Shown: positions 33,304-44,000 of the stretch, piece by piece
Numbering within the stretch: the stretch's first letter is position 1
How the letters are laid out: every line of letters begins with the position of its first letter
IMG/VR virus record: IMGVR_UViG_3300036715_002842
Span: 32,001 to 96,000 of that record
DNA: 64,000 nucleotides
DNA from: a virus
Strand: one strand, 5' to 3'
The notes under the pieces: model-generated
Database searches by the model: none
What the model saw: the letters and a program-made list of their open reading frames with translations, nothing else
What the model was told of the DNA's origin: nothing
Made by a program: the position numbers and the translations under genes

Positions 33304-34162
33304 ACCTAAGTTAGGTGGGAAGGGACCCCAACTCGGAAACCAAAGTTTTCATCACTACGCATCGAACGAAGGAATACCCCTTCCGGCAACCCATAACTTC
33401 AACAAGGCAGCGCGGGTAAGTCTCTACGACCTCATTCGCTATACCCCCATGAATATCCGCGAAAACAGGCGGAAGGGTTGCCGCACCTTCTTTTATGGTA
33501 CCCAATACTTCAAACGACCAGGCAAGCGTGGAATCCGCATTTTTGCCTACAAAACTGGCTGCGAGAAGAGCACCTATGTTACGCAGATCGGGTTCGTTGA
33601 TTGGAGAAAAGGACTAAAGAGCTCTATCTGGGTTCACTGTACCTGCGATTATTTCAAATATAACGTGGAATACGTTCTAGCTCAGTTGGGTGCTTCTGAG
33701 TTGGTTTTCTCTTGGAACCAACCACCTAATATTCGAAACCCAAAGCATATTCCTCACGCCTGCAAGCATATTCTACTCATCGTTGATGATGCCCTCGGCC
33801 GAGCCAAGCAGTTCGGTAAGAAGGATCTAGAAATGGAATTGCAGGATGTAGATATTGATGAGATCGAACTCACCCCATTTGAGAAAAAGAAATTAGAAGA
33901 TAAGAAACGTTTCGATCAACTCAAGGAAAAAGAGAAACTTCAGAAGCCCAGTAATTTCCGTCCATACTCTCAGCAACCGAAAGAAGAAATTAACGAACCA
34001 GCGGCAAAACCAACCGGAACTCGACCATATACCCAGAATCCGGGTACCGGAATCCATCCTTATACCCAGAATCCAGGTAATCAAGGTACCGGAAGATCCA
34101 CACCAGAGAACCCTGTGAACTCCCCCTTCAGCTCGGTTCCAAGGACTAAGCCTGGTGAGTAA
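33296..34162 (+). CDS. SWIM-type zinc-finger protein
   Basis: VHCTCDYF...PPNIRNP...ACKH (CxCx(n)CxH) and a low-complexity tail with PY(S/T)Q repeats. Confidence 0.7.
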   Translation: MAEPKLGGKGPQLGNQSFHHYASNEGIPLPATHNFNKAARVSLYDLIRYTPMNIRENRRKGCRTFFYGTQYFKRPGKRGIRIFAYKTGCEKSTYVTQIGFVDWRKGLKSSIWVHCTCDYFKYNVEYVLAQLGASELVFSWNQPPNIRNPKHIPHACKHILLIVDDALGRAKQFGKKDLEMELQDVDIDEIELTPFEKKKLEDKKRFDQLKEKEKLQKPSNFRPYSQQPKEEINEPAAKPTGTRPYTQNPGTGIHPYTQNPGNQGTGRSTPENPVNSPFSSVPRTKPGE

Positions 34163-34284
34163 TCTCACGAGACCGTTTGGATCGAGGAAGACTGAAAGTG
34201 TTTAATATCTTTAGTTTAAATCTTAAGGTTTCAAAATCGGATCCTTTAAAATTCGCCCTTAAAATAGAATGAAGGAGTTCAACC

Positions 34285-36894
34285 ATGGCGACCAGACAAA
34301 AGTTGACCGTAACCCGTTACATTCTTCCTGGAACGTATGTGGGGCAAGTTTATCGCCCTAAGGTAGTGAATGTAGGGTTGTTCCCACGTATTCCCTGCTA
34401 CATCGGAAAGGGCCTTCCCTACCTGACAGCAGAGAACATCCCTCTCGTACGTTCCTTCGTCTACAAGGAAAAGTGCGATTTCCCAACCTCCGCTCCCTAT
34501 CTCTCCACACTGAACTATCCTTCCAACGGTAGCCAGCTTGCAGCGTACAGCCAGGCACCCATCCGCCTTTACAATACCAATGGCGAGGAAGTACCCACTC
34601 GCTTCTGGAAGTTCACCAAGGCAACCCCCTCTGGTCCGTATGACACCGTTGAGGTGTTCAGCGAAGCCTACAACCCCAACGATACCTACTACATCGACTA
34701 CCAGTCGACTTCCGATTCGATCCTGGATCCTCTGCCGCTAACCGGAGTCCGCCAGATCAACATGGTAGGCGATCAGCCCCACGAAGCGCTCTACCAGGAG
34801 CACACCGACTGGGAGAGCTACACCAGCACAACTGGACCGGTTCCCGATCAGGCAAACGTGGGTCTGGTGGGCATCATCAATCAGAACTTAGCCTCCAAGT
34901 ACAATGGTCCCGACCGTAAGTACTACCTGACGGTAGAGGGCAACGATCTGACCAGCTATCCAACGTTCGCAGTGACCAAGACCAGCGCCGGCACCATGGC
35001 AATCAACGAAGCCGCCATGACCCTTTCTGGTGGTGGAAGCTCCTACACTGGCGCCAACCCAGCAACCTACGATATGACCGTGGCCAATTATACCGTGGCC
35101 GGTTCCACCACCAGCTTCGATCTGAACTGGAGCGATGGATCCGCTACTGGCGTGGTCCATGTCAGCACCACCCTGGCAGCAGTAACGGCACAGCCCGTGA
35201 TGAACGGCATCCTGGTGGATATCGGAAACATCAATGGCATCACCAACGCCGACACCTTCCACATCGCCGCAGCTCAGACCCACCGCGTTCGGATCAGCTG
35301 GTACTCGGATGACTACCAGAGCACAGGCGCTGTCTTTGTCTTCCTGTCCAATGGTGACAAGCTGAACCAGGCAATGGAAGCCGGGGTAACCCTGGACTTC
35401 CTGAGCCTACCCTCTTTCGTAGTAGGGGACAAGTTCCTTCTGACCGCAAACAACACCGACACGATTAACTGGAACTTCACCCGTCAGGTCAGTCAGGACT
35501 TCACCCCTTCGGACATCTACTACGATGCAATGGGTCTTGTGACCGGTACCCCACGTACATACTACATCACCTTGAACAATACCCCGGTGGAACAGGTTCT
35601 TCCTGCTGAGACCGTGACCCTGGTGCGAATCGACAACAACGTGGTGATTCCACACACTAACATTCCTGGAACTCCCTACGTCAAGCTGAACATCCAGACG
35701 CCCTTGCTGGTGAACTTCCGTGCAACGTATCACTATCACAATGCACCTCACGCAGGTCAACAGTACTACGTGACAGCAACGTACACCCGTCCAGAGAGCC
35801 AGTTTAATGCGGTCAGCATCTACAGCGGTTACGCAGATGCCCTTCTTGAGCGTGGGTACCCCTCGGCCGACAACCACATCGGTGTAATGTTGGACTACGC
35901 CTTCAATGTGGCGGCTTGCGACTTCGTCGCCTGCGTCCAAGTGTTCGATGCCGACCACGATAGTGTTTACAACACCGCCGACTACCGCACGGCACTACAG
36001 GCAACCGAGAAGAACAAGGAAATCACCGACATCGTTGTGCTCAGCAAGTTCGATACCCTGGCCGACCAGATGTATCAGTCTCAGGTGAGCAACGATCCCA
36101 TCGTGGGCGCCCTCCGGCTCTACTGGATTGGTTACCCCATCGGTTACCAGGTGGGAACTCCTGGAACTAGTGGAACGATCAGCAATACTTCCCAGAACGT
36201 TCTTCAGGTATCCGGTTCCAACGCAGCACATGGAACCTTCATCAGCTGCGCAAATGACTTGGTGAAGAGAACCGTAACCCTCCAAACTGGCAAGGCACTT
36301 CAGCTGACCCTAGATGGTTCCTTCTTCGCTGGAATGCTCTGCGCCATCAATGATGCGTACCGCGATCCCAACACCCTACTCAACAATCAGGTTGTTCCAG
36401 GAATCGACGACATTCGCACCTACACCGATACGCAGATGGAGATCCTTGGATCCTCCAGCAACACCTTCGCCAGCCTCCCGAAGAACTCCACGGTGGTCAA
36501 GGTTATCGATGCGGTCACCACGGACATCAGCGCCGACGACTATCACGAGATCAATGTGATGTGCGTCAAGCAGCTCGTTTCCAAGAGAGTCATTCGTGCG
36601 GGTAACGCAGGTGTAATCGGATACGTTCCCCGGAATGTGGACGATGGCGTCTCCTTCGTGCGTTCCGTCATCTCCCGCGAGCTCACCGCCTGCGTGGGTG
36701 AAGGACTCATCGCTGACTACACTGACGCAAGCGGTCGCCCACGCGATCTGAAGCCCGAGCAGGATGTGGATGTATGGCGGGACGAAGAGAAGACCCGCTA
36801 CAACTTCACCTTCTGGTTCAATGGCCGTTACGGCATCAAGCGCCTGACCGGTCTGTACAGTGTGGATGAGAACGTCTTCAAAACAAATGCCTAA
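34285..36894 (+). CDS. Contractile tail sheath protein
   Basis: N-terminal YILPGTY, sheath-like C-terminal domain (YHEINV...DVDVWRDEEKTRYNFTFWF), 869 aa, close to a tube-sized gene. Confidence 0.8.
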   Translation: MATRQKLTVTRYILPGTYVGQVYRPKVVNVGLFPRIPCYIGKGLPYLTAENIPLVRSFVYKEKCDFPTSAPYLSTLNYPSNGSQLAAYSQAPIRLYNTNGEEVPTRFWKFTKATPSGPYDTVEVFSEAYNPNDTYYIDYQSTSDSILDPLPLTGVRQINMVGDQPHEALYQEHTDWESYTSTTGPVPDQANVGLVGIINQNLASKYNGPDRKYYLTVEGNDLTSYPTFAVTKTSAGTMAINEAAMTLSGGGSSYTGANPATYDMTVANYTVAGSTTSFDLNWSDGSATGVVHVSTTLAAVTAQPVMNGILVDIGNINGITNADTFHIAAAQTHRVRISWYSDDYQSTGAVFVFLSNGDKLNQAMEAGVTLDFLSLPSFVVGDKFLLTANNTDTINWNFTRQVSQDFTPSDIYYDAMGLVTGTPRTYYITLNNTPVEQVLPAETVTLVRIDNNVVIPHTNIPGTPYVKLNIQTPLLVNFRATYHYHNAPHAGQQYYVTATYTRPESQFNAVSIYSGYADALLERGYPSADNHIGVMLDYAFNVAACDFVACVQVFDADHDSVYNTADYRTALQATEKNKEITDIVVLSKFDTLADQMYQSQVSNDPIVGALRLYWIGYPIGYQVGTPGTSGTISNTSQNVLQVSGSNAAHGTFISCANDLVKRTVTLQTGKALQLTLDGSFFAGMLCAINDAYRDPNTLLNNQVVPGIDDIRTYTDTQMEILGSSSNTFASLPKNSTVVKVIDAVTTDISADDYHEINVMCVKQLVSKRVIRAGNAGVIGYVPRNVDDGVSFVRSVISRELTACVGEGLIADYTDASGRPRDLKPEQDVDVWRDEEKTRYNFTFWFNGRYGIKRLTGLYSVDENVFKTNA

Positions 36895-36904
36895 CGTAGA
36901 ATCA

Positions 36905-36937
36905 GGGGTGGGCGGGTAAACTGCCCACCCCGATTTT
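36905..36937 (+). terminator. Intrinsic terminator
   Basis: GGGGTGGGCGG-GTAAA-CTGCCCACCCC followed by GATTTT. Confidence 0.75.
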
Positions 36938-36951
36938 ATCGAAAGAGACTC

Positions 36952-37407
36952 ATGTCGCTCAAGTTAACATTCGTCACGGGATTTGATACAGCCATTCGCA
37001 AGAAACGGCTGGCAGGTCTTCTTGACATCAAAGCATTTCTGGATGACTTTGATGTTGCAGGCTACCAGGACAATCTTCCTATCCTGGAAGCAATCGGTAA
37101 CGAGTTGGCATCTTTCTACGCAACAACCAGCACCAATCCCTATGTCATGGACAGCTTGACCAAGCAGTTTCTGGCGAGCTTAGAAGTCCTCAAAGAGAAG
37201 CATCACAAGGGGTCCTTCAATTCCTTGACAAAGTGTGTCGCTCAATTGAAGCCTGAACTTTCAAAAATTGTCTCCGATGAGCTCTCGAAATTGGAGAGCC
37301 CTCACACCACAATTACCGTTACAGGGACGAAAAAGTCCGAAGACAGTGCTTCAACCGAGCAACCAGCACCTGAAGGTAAATTGATCATCCAACGAAAGTC
37401 CCTGTAA
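36952..37407 (+). CDS. Hypothetical protein
   Basis: ORF between the sheath and tube genes. Confidence 0.65.
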   Translation: MSLKLTFVTGFDTAIRKKRLAGLLDIKAFLDDFDVAGYQDNLPILEAIGNELASFYATTSTNPYVMDSLTKQFLASLEVLKEKHHKGSFNSLTKCVAQLKPELSKIVSDELSKLESPHTTITVTGTKKSEDSASTEQPAPEGKLIIQRKSL

Positions 37408-37427
37408 AATTGGGATAGGAGGACCTC

Positions 37428-37940
37428 ATGCCAGCAAGAAATGACTTTGGCGTCACAGTTCCGGCTGTAGCGCTTAACATCACCAAGACCTATCACGGGC
37501 TCACCATCATCAGTGAAACTGGACAGATCGTCGGCCGCGTGCAGACTTACACTCCCAAGTTCGCTGAGCGCGATGTAACCCTGGTGTACGAGCTGAACGC
37601 TTACACCTGGGGACGCCCGATCGACAACGTGCCCGGCGTGGAAAAGGGTCGTACCCTCTCCGTGCATCGGATCGAAGTCTGGGACGAAGAGATGGAACTG
37701 GCCTTCGGTGGCGCAGAAGACAACTCTCGTAACGGCGGCGTCGAGTGGATCGACCTGTGCGAACAGACACAGCCCTTCATCTTCCAGGAAGCCATCTTCC
37801 GTGGTAACTCCCGCTACCGTTCGTGGGAATACCTCGGATGCTGGTTCACGAGCAAGGACATTGATGCCTACAACGCAACCGGAGACGCAAAGATCATCGC
37901 GACTTCGAACATGTCCTACGTGATTCGTCGTTCTCTGTAA
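37428..37940 (+). CDS. Tail tube protein
   Basis: 170 aa, IVGRVQ...YEL...IDNVPG and WEYLGCWFTS...YNATGD pattern typical of myovirus tube proteins. Confidence 0.7.
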   Translation: MPARNDFGVTVPAVALNITKTYHGLTIISETGQIVGRVQTYTPKFAERDVTLVYELNAYTWGRPIDNVPGVEKGRTLSVHRIEVWDEEMELAFGGAEDNSRNGGVEWIDLCEQTQPFIFQEAIFRGNSRYRSWEYLGCWFTSKDIDAYNATGDAKIIATSNMSYVIRRSL

Positions 37941-37951
37941 AGGATCTCGCC

Positions 37952-39313
37952 GTGGTACAACAGCTGTTCGCAGGTAAGCCTCCCAAGCAGGTCGTCAAGA
38001 GGACGGCTAGCACTTACTGGGATCAGGTTGGTAAGTACCAGGACCTATACAATGAGCTCTTCCAACAACTCGTTCCTTCCGCTGGCAAGTGTGCAACGGT
38101 TGAAGGGGAGCTCCTTCGTGCGGCAAGCAAGATCTACTACGACTACTACAACAACGGATTCGGCAACAACTGGTCTGGTCCGTGGCGGTTCCTTGAGACT
38201 TTCGCCGGAAAGCTGGATCTTTACAAGGAACTGGAAACCCTGAAGCCGTACGCTCATGGTCGCATGACCCAGAACCGGGCGGTAGATTCCGCTTTGGATT
38301 CTCTGGTCGACAAGGTGATGGAGTACCTACAGAGCAAGAACGGAGAATTCTCTCCAAACTCTTCCGACATGTGGGATCTTCAGGAACGAGAGGATGTCGG
38401 AGAACCGGAATTCCTTGACGATGATAAGGACTACGAAGCTACCGCCCGTAAGATCCTTACCGCGTCTTACAAGTTCAAGCTTCGGAAGGCAGATGACCTT
38501 TCTTGGGGTGAGAAAGACAAGATCGAAGCCTATGGCGTCAAAGGCATGAAGTCTACCCCCTGGCGTAAGGTTTTCAAGAATCAGAAAGAGTTCGAAAAGT
38601 GGCTGGACAAGAACGAGGGAAACGTTGAGGTCCAGGGAACCCGAAAGTACCTGGGCGCCATCGGGATGCCAACCGATTTTTCTGACCGACATCCACTGGA
38701 GACTTCCAAAACTGAGAGATGTAGTAAAGAAGATCTTTATAAAGTAGTACAATTACTGAATAAAAATGGTTTCCAAGCTGAACTAGATATTCGGATAGAT
38801 AGAGGCGAAGAAGATGTAATATCTATGAAATCTGATAAAACCAAGATTCCATTAGAAGCATTCCAGCTTTTAATAAAAAATGGCTATTCTCCTTCGGCAG
38901 CAACCTACAGTAAGCGAAAAGAAGGCTATAAAATCAAGTTTTTAGTTTGGAACATGAAACCTCACCCCGCAGAGAAGCGGAAAGCTGCGAATTGGATCTA
39001 CACCATCGATCTCTCCAGACCCTGGGAAGTACTGGACATGCTCCAGGAAGAGGATGCACCGGCCGAGTCCAAGATCAAAGCCGAGTTCCGAAACATCGCA
39101 GACATTCTTGACAAGGTACCCGACGCTCTGAGAGTTCCTGGTCGTGGGTTACTAAATCTACACGACGATGTTGCGGATCTAGTTGAGACCCTGAGAGGGC
39201 TTGCTGAGGGTGACAGTTCCTCTGATGAGCTGTTGGAAGAAGGAAACCGGATTCTTCAGGAATTGTACGACTGGGCGGATTTGGTAAAGGTCTGGATCAA
39301 AACAACCATCTGA
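37952..39313 (+). CDS. Multi-module hypothetical protein, probable internal head polyprotein
   Basis: Four apparently unrelated modules separated by KRTA, ILTA/RKA and RKAA linkers; base composition shifts within the gene. Confidence 0.65.
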   Translation: MVQQLFAGKPPKQVVKRTASTYWDQVGKYQDLYNELFQQLVPSAGKCATVEGELLRAASKIYYDYYNNGFGNNWSGPWRFLETFAGKLDLYKELETLKPYAHGRMTQNRAVDSALDSLVDKVMEYLQSKNGEFSPNSSDMWDLQEREDVGEPEFLDDDKDYEATARKILTASYKFKLRKADDLSWGEKDKIEAYGVKGMKSTPWRKVFKNQKEFEKWLDKNEGNVEVQGTRKYLGAIGMPTDFSDRHPLETSKTERCSKEDLYKVVQLLNKNGFQAELDIRIDRGEEDVISMKSDKTKIPLEAFQLLIKNGYSPSAATYSKRKEGYKIKFLVWNMKPHPAEKRKAANWIYTIDLSRPWEVLDMLQEEDAPAESKIKAEFRNIADILDKVPDALRVPGRGLLNLHDDVADLVETLRGLAEGDSSSDELLEEGNRILQELYDWADLVKVWIKTTI

Positions 39314-39322
39314 GGTGAGTCT

Positions 39323-40405
39323 ATGCCTTGGTCAGAAAACGATTACCCAGACTCAATGAAGAACCTCAGTCCAGCGGTTCGGAAAGACGCAATTGAAATC
39401 GCTAACGCAATTCTGAAAGACGGTGGGGATGATGGAGTAGCAATCGCCACTGGTATCAAACAAGCGAAAAAGAAACATCACACTTCAGGGGTGCCAATGT
39501 ATTACGACATGAGAAAGAAAGCCGCAGAAAAGTGCGAGAACGACAAGTCCTTAGCCAAAGAAACCCCACTCGATGGTGGCAAGGTCGTGGATAATCCCGC
39601 GAAAATCAAGGACCTGAAGGATATTCCAATCGAGAAAGTTGGTGGGGAGACTAAGGTCTGCCCGAACTGTGGTGGTAAGGGATGCGAAGTCTGTGAAGCT
39701 GAAGGTGGCAAGTTTAAGAAGGGGGATGGCGCAGTTGTAGCCGACTCGGAAGGTTCCGAGGGTCCTGGCCTCCAGAGCTTCAACAACAGCTTAACCAACG
39801 GTGGACCTGCTGGAAGCCCCAACGCAAACCAACTAGCACCAGTTCTTGGCCCGAAGGTTTCTTACTACGATGTGCGCAAGACTGCTGGAGATCGAGATCT
39901 GGCTTTTGATAAAGGTTTCATTAACTGGTGGATTAAAACTCATGGAGAAACTTTTAAAGAGATGTCAGGTGCAACCGAAGTAAACTATGAAATTGCCCAG
40001 AATTTCCTTAACTCCGGAACCGACGAGAGGCATTATAAGGAACTGGTGAAGGAATATAACAGAAAGTCAAAAGCTTCCGTTTCTTATTATGACCTGCGCC
40101 CCAAGAAGGCCACAGTGGAGACGGTTGCAGGTGAGAGTCCTCTTCGTCAGGTTCGTCAGATGCTGACCCAGGCCGCTAGCCGGATTGAGCAGCTCCGCAA
40201 TAGTCCAGAAGCCAAGTTCGAAGAAGGTGAAGCTGCCGCTCTTGCAAAGGCAGAAGATCTAGTCGAGAAGGCACGTAAGATTCTCTTCGATGCACAGATC
40301 GATCCACCCGCACGTAAGATCAACGAAGAAGCACCCATCACTGAAACTGCTGTCGAACCCCCAGTTGCTGAGCCAGCACTAGTGGCAGAACCCTCAAAGG
40401 TGTAA
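39323..40405 (+). CDS. YdaT/ChaB-like N-terminal domain protein with repeated YYD.R linkers
   Basis: MPWSENDYPDSMKNL...AIEIANAIL...AIATGIKQAK and three YYD(M/V/L)R...A motifs. Confidence 0.7.
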   Translation: MPWSENDYPDSMKNLSPAVRKDAIEIANAILKDGGDDGVAIATGIKQAKKKHHTSGVPMYYDMRKKAAEKCENDKSLAKETPLDGGKVVDNPAKIKDLKDIPIEKVGGETKVCPNCGGKGCEVCEAEGGKFKKGDGAVVADSEGSEGPGLQSFNNSLTNGGPAGSPNANQLAPVLGPKVSYYDVRKTAGDRDLAFDKGFINWWIKTHGETFKEMSGATEVNYEIAQNFLNSGTDERHYKELVKEYNRKSKASVSYYDLRPKKATVETVAGESPLRQVRQMLTQAASRIEQLRNSPEAKFEEGEAAALAKAEDLVEKARKILFDAQIDPPARKINEEAPITETAVEPPVAEPALVAEPSKV

Positions 40406-40406
40406 C

Positions 40407-40658
40407 ATGAAGCTCCACATCAAAGCTGGGCTGAAAAAGAAATCCAACATGGATATCGGTCGTCTGGAAGAGATTCGGGACGAAGTGATCGAACTGATGG
40501 ATGAAGCCCGGCGTCTGATCCGTGGAACAGATGAAGAGGGCAGATTCAAGGGTTACGTGTATGGTCACGTTCTGAGCGCTATGGGGCACGAGTCCTACCC
40601 AGAGCATTCCCCAACCCTCGAACGCATCATTCAAGCCCTGGAGCACCCAGAGGAGTAG
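40407..40658 (+). CDS. Hypothetical protein (MKLHIKA N-terminus)
   Basis: Shares the N-terminal motif with genes at 5.5-8.4 kb. Confidence 0.65.
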   Translation: MKLHIKAGLKKKSNMDIGRLEEIRDEVIELMDEARRLIRGTDEEGRFKGYVYGHVLSAMGHESYPEHSPTLERIIQALEHPEE

Positions 40659-40661
40659 TAG

Positions 40662-41060
40662 TTGGCCTTCGCCTACAAGAACCTCGTCAAAACGCCCATC
40701 TCAAAACTGAAGGTGGGCGATTTGATTTTCGGCTCTGGTGGCATGGGTCAAGACAGTTTCGATGATGTCAAGATCGAACGTGCAGAAGATGAACATGGAG
40801 CCTCTTTTCAGCTTCTTCTGAGATTCTACCGAATTCTCAAGATCAATCCTTCTAGCTTCTGGATTCTTGATGTACTAGAGCGCAAGCGTTACAAGATGGC
40901 TCGATGGTACTGGGATGGTTCCGGAGAAATGGTTGTTCGAAAGGTTCCCGAAAAATACAAAAAAGAGGTTGAATCCGAGCTGGTTGACTCGGCTTTACAA
41001 TACCGGTTGGAGAATAATTTAACAAAACCGGTTGCATCTGTCCGGATTTCCATACGTTGA
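40662..41060 (+). CDS. Hypothetical protein
   Basis: TTG start with AGGAG RBS; in frame with the upstream gene across TAG TAG. Confidence 0.55.
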   Translation: MAFAYKNLVKTPISKLKVGDLIFGSGGMGQDSFDDVKIERAEDEHGASFQLLLRFYRILKINPSSFWILDVLERKRYKMARWYWDGSGEMVVRKVPEKYKKEVESELVDSALQYRLENNLTKPVASVRISIR

Positions 41061-41085
41061 CTACTTTTCACGTGGTTAACAATCC

Positions 41086-44000
41086 ATGATGGATCTCGTA
41101 ACGCTTACACAACAACGTTTGGACTACCTCCAAGCCTACATCGATCTCGTGCCAGAAGAGTTCAAGAGTAAGGACTTTGAGTACGACTACACCCGAGGGT
41201 ACGACTGCCTAGTTTCCCTTGACATGCCTCTTGCAAACGTTCCAGAGTGGGCCGGTGCATGGATAAACCTCGCAAGGTGGAACTGTGGGGTCTTACCGGG
41301 TGTTCAGCAACTCCAGACTCCAGAACAGAAGACCCAGTTCAATAAACTTCGTAAGACAGTCCTTTCCATCCTCAGTTATATTCTGAACGACACGAACTTT
41401 CCAGCGATCACAACCATCCTGGATCGTATTCCACGAGCGATGGGCAGAAATCAGTGGATTACAGATTTTCTCCGAGAGGATCAGATTGTGGTGGTGAATC
41501 AGGCTAGGCAGTATCTGGCCTACAATGCCGCCTCCTACACCCAGACCTTCTATCAGACCAAAGAAGAATTTTCGAGGATTTACCCGAATCTAAAATCTTT
41601 TCTGAACACACCGGTTTTGATGCAAGATCTCAACAACGTGAATCTTGTTGAGGCTCCGACGGGTACAGGCAAGACGAGGATCAGCATCGTCGCCAACATG
41701 AACCGGTTCAGCTGGACTAACGATCTGGCAGTGAATACCGTTGCATCCGACCAACTGTTAGTGTTTGTTAGAACTCGAAGCCAGACCCAGTCCTTTATCA
41801 AGGAGTCCAACCGGCTTGGACTTACCGTGGCATGCCCCATTTCACAGGGTTTGGGTTGCGATGCTCACAATACCACAAACCGCCTACTGTTAGCGAACCT
41901 CGAGAACATTATCTACCGAACTTCGAACAAGCACAGCTACGCAGAGATCTGGGTTCCAAGAGCAGTTCCGATTGAGCTTTACGATTACAACTTGAATCAG
42001 GAATCTACCGAGACTTCTTCGTTTGGTAGGATGCTTCGGAAGGTCATTGAGATTGGTCTGAACCATACGGACCTGAAACCTTTTCTGGCTGAAGTGAAGA
42101 AAGCCGGAATCGGTAACGCTCTGATGGAGTGCTTCCGGAACAAGGACTTGAAGAAGGACATGCAAGAATATTTGTCCAGCACCACCCAGAAGTGTGCCTC
42201 TTGCAAGGCAGGTCAGCTCAGCATCGAGAAGGATGTGAAGAAACACGATCTCCAGGATCTCCCCTACTTCCCACAACTGAAGTCCGATTTCTTCGATTTC
42301 AGCAAAGCGGGCAAGAATGTGGATATCAACTTCCTGGCTCACTTCTACCAGAATGAACGTGGATGGTGTGGTCGTAAGGAGAGTCAGGAGAACCTGGACA
42401 AGAAGGATGTGCTGATTCTGACCTACAATTGGTTGACCGATGTTGATCTGTCGGCTCAGCTTATTAAGAGGTTCGAGAAGGTATACCTTGATGACGACAA
42501 TCCTGACCATGACTTCCAAATCCTTGAAAAAGCGGTAATTTGCGATGAGGCTCATACCCTCTACAACTACAACTATACCTTCTCGTTTGGTTTCTCAAAC
42601 CTTATTCAGACGGTTGTAGATCTCCAACGCCTGAAATTGCTCCTGAGCTATCCCTCTTTCAAGTTGAAAGGGATGGACATGATGGTAGCAAATCCTTACT
42701 TCAGCAAACACTTCAAGCCCCTAAGACTTGAAGTTCCGGTGAATGGCAAGGAGAAGTTCATTGTTGATGATGTCGAGGGTTACTACGCAGGTATCTGGCA
42801 TACCCTGCACAGCATCAACGAGGGCATCTACCAGGTCTTGAACCAGCTCAACTTCACCAAGAACGATCGTCCAATGATCGCAAACCTCTATCAAGCGCTG
42901 ATAGGTGGTGGCTACGGTCTACCCTGGAAGATCTACAGTTGTTTTGACGACCCGGTCTCCACATTCAAGATGGATTACGAGATGGGTGACCACGCGGCCA
43001 AGGTGATGGCATGCTATACCCAGATGAATGAGGTCTACACCCAACTGGACTATCTCACAACCACTCTGGAATTGGATAAGAAGACCCGTGAGGCCGACAT
43101 CCAAACACTCCTGAAAGAGGAATCCGTCGCTGGTGGACCTTGGGTTCGGGATTACCGAAAAGCCTGGCAAACTTTCCCAGATCGGGATAAGGTGACCATT
43201 CGGAAGTACGTGAATCACCTGGAGCATCTCTACGTAGATCCCATTAGAGATCTTGCGAAGATTGCTGCGGAAACTCGCGATTTCTTGTTACTGTCACTTG
43301 AGGTCCTTTACAGTGGTTCTGGAGACAAGACCAGAATCCTCGCGGTAGGTTCGGAAGACGATGACAAGAACGGTCTGGACTACAGACCATTCGATAAGTT
43401 CAGGCTAGTTGGGCTCGAATCTCCCATGGAAATGAACCCAGCGTTCATCGAGGCAACTTTCAAGTCATACAAGTTCTACGATCTGTACAATACCAAGGGA
43501 AACATCTACATCGACTCCTGCCGTTTCCGTGGTTACTACAAGAAGGTTAGTTGTAGCCTGAAGGTAAATCGACCTGCAATCCAGTGGGCGCTCCGGCCTT
43601 ACTCCTACGTGACATTCCTGACTGGAACCGCTCCAGCGCCTACTATCTGGAAGAGTAAGTCTGGATTCAATCAATTCAACGTTAGCACCTACCCAGTTCA
43701 GAAAAATCCCTTCGAATACGAGTTCGTTGCGGATGTCACCCTTACTTACGCCAATAGATCAAGGGACAACTATAAGAAGCTGGCTACGAATATTTTTAAG
43801 CGAACCCAGGCAAAGCAGACTTTGGTGTGCTATCCTAGTGGAAAGGTCCTCGAGGATATTCGGAAGATCTACGAAGAGGATTGCACGGAGTTTCCGGGCT
43901 ACTTAGATGCAAATCTCTTCGAAACCAAGGGGGCGAAACTTTCCTTGGATGACATCCAAAAGTATGTAGAAGGCCAGAAAGATGGAGCAGTTCACGTAGT

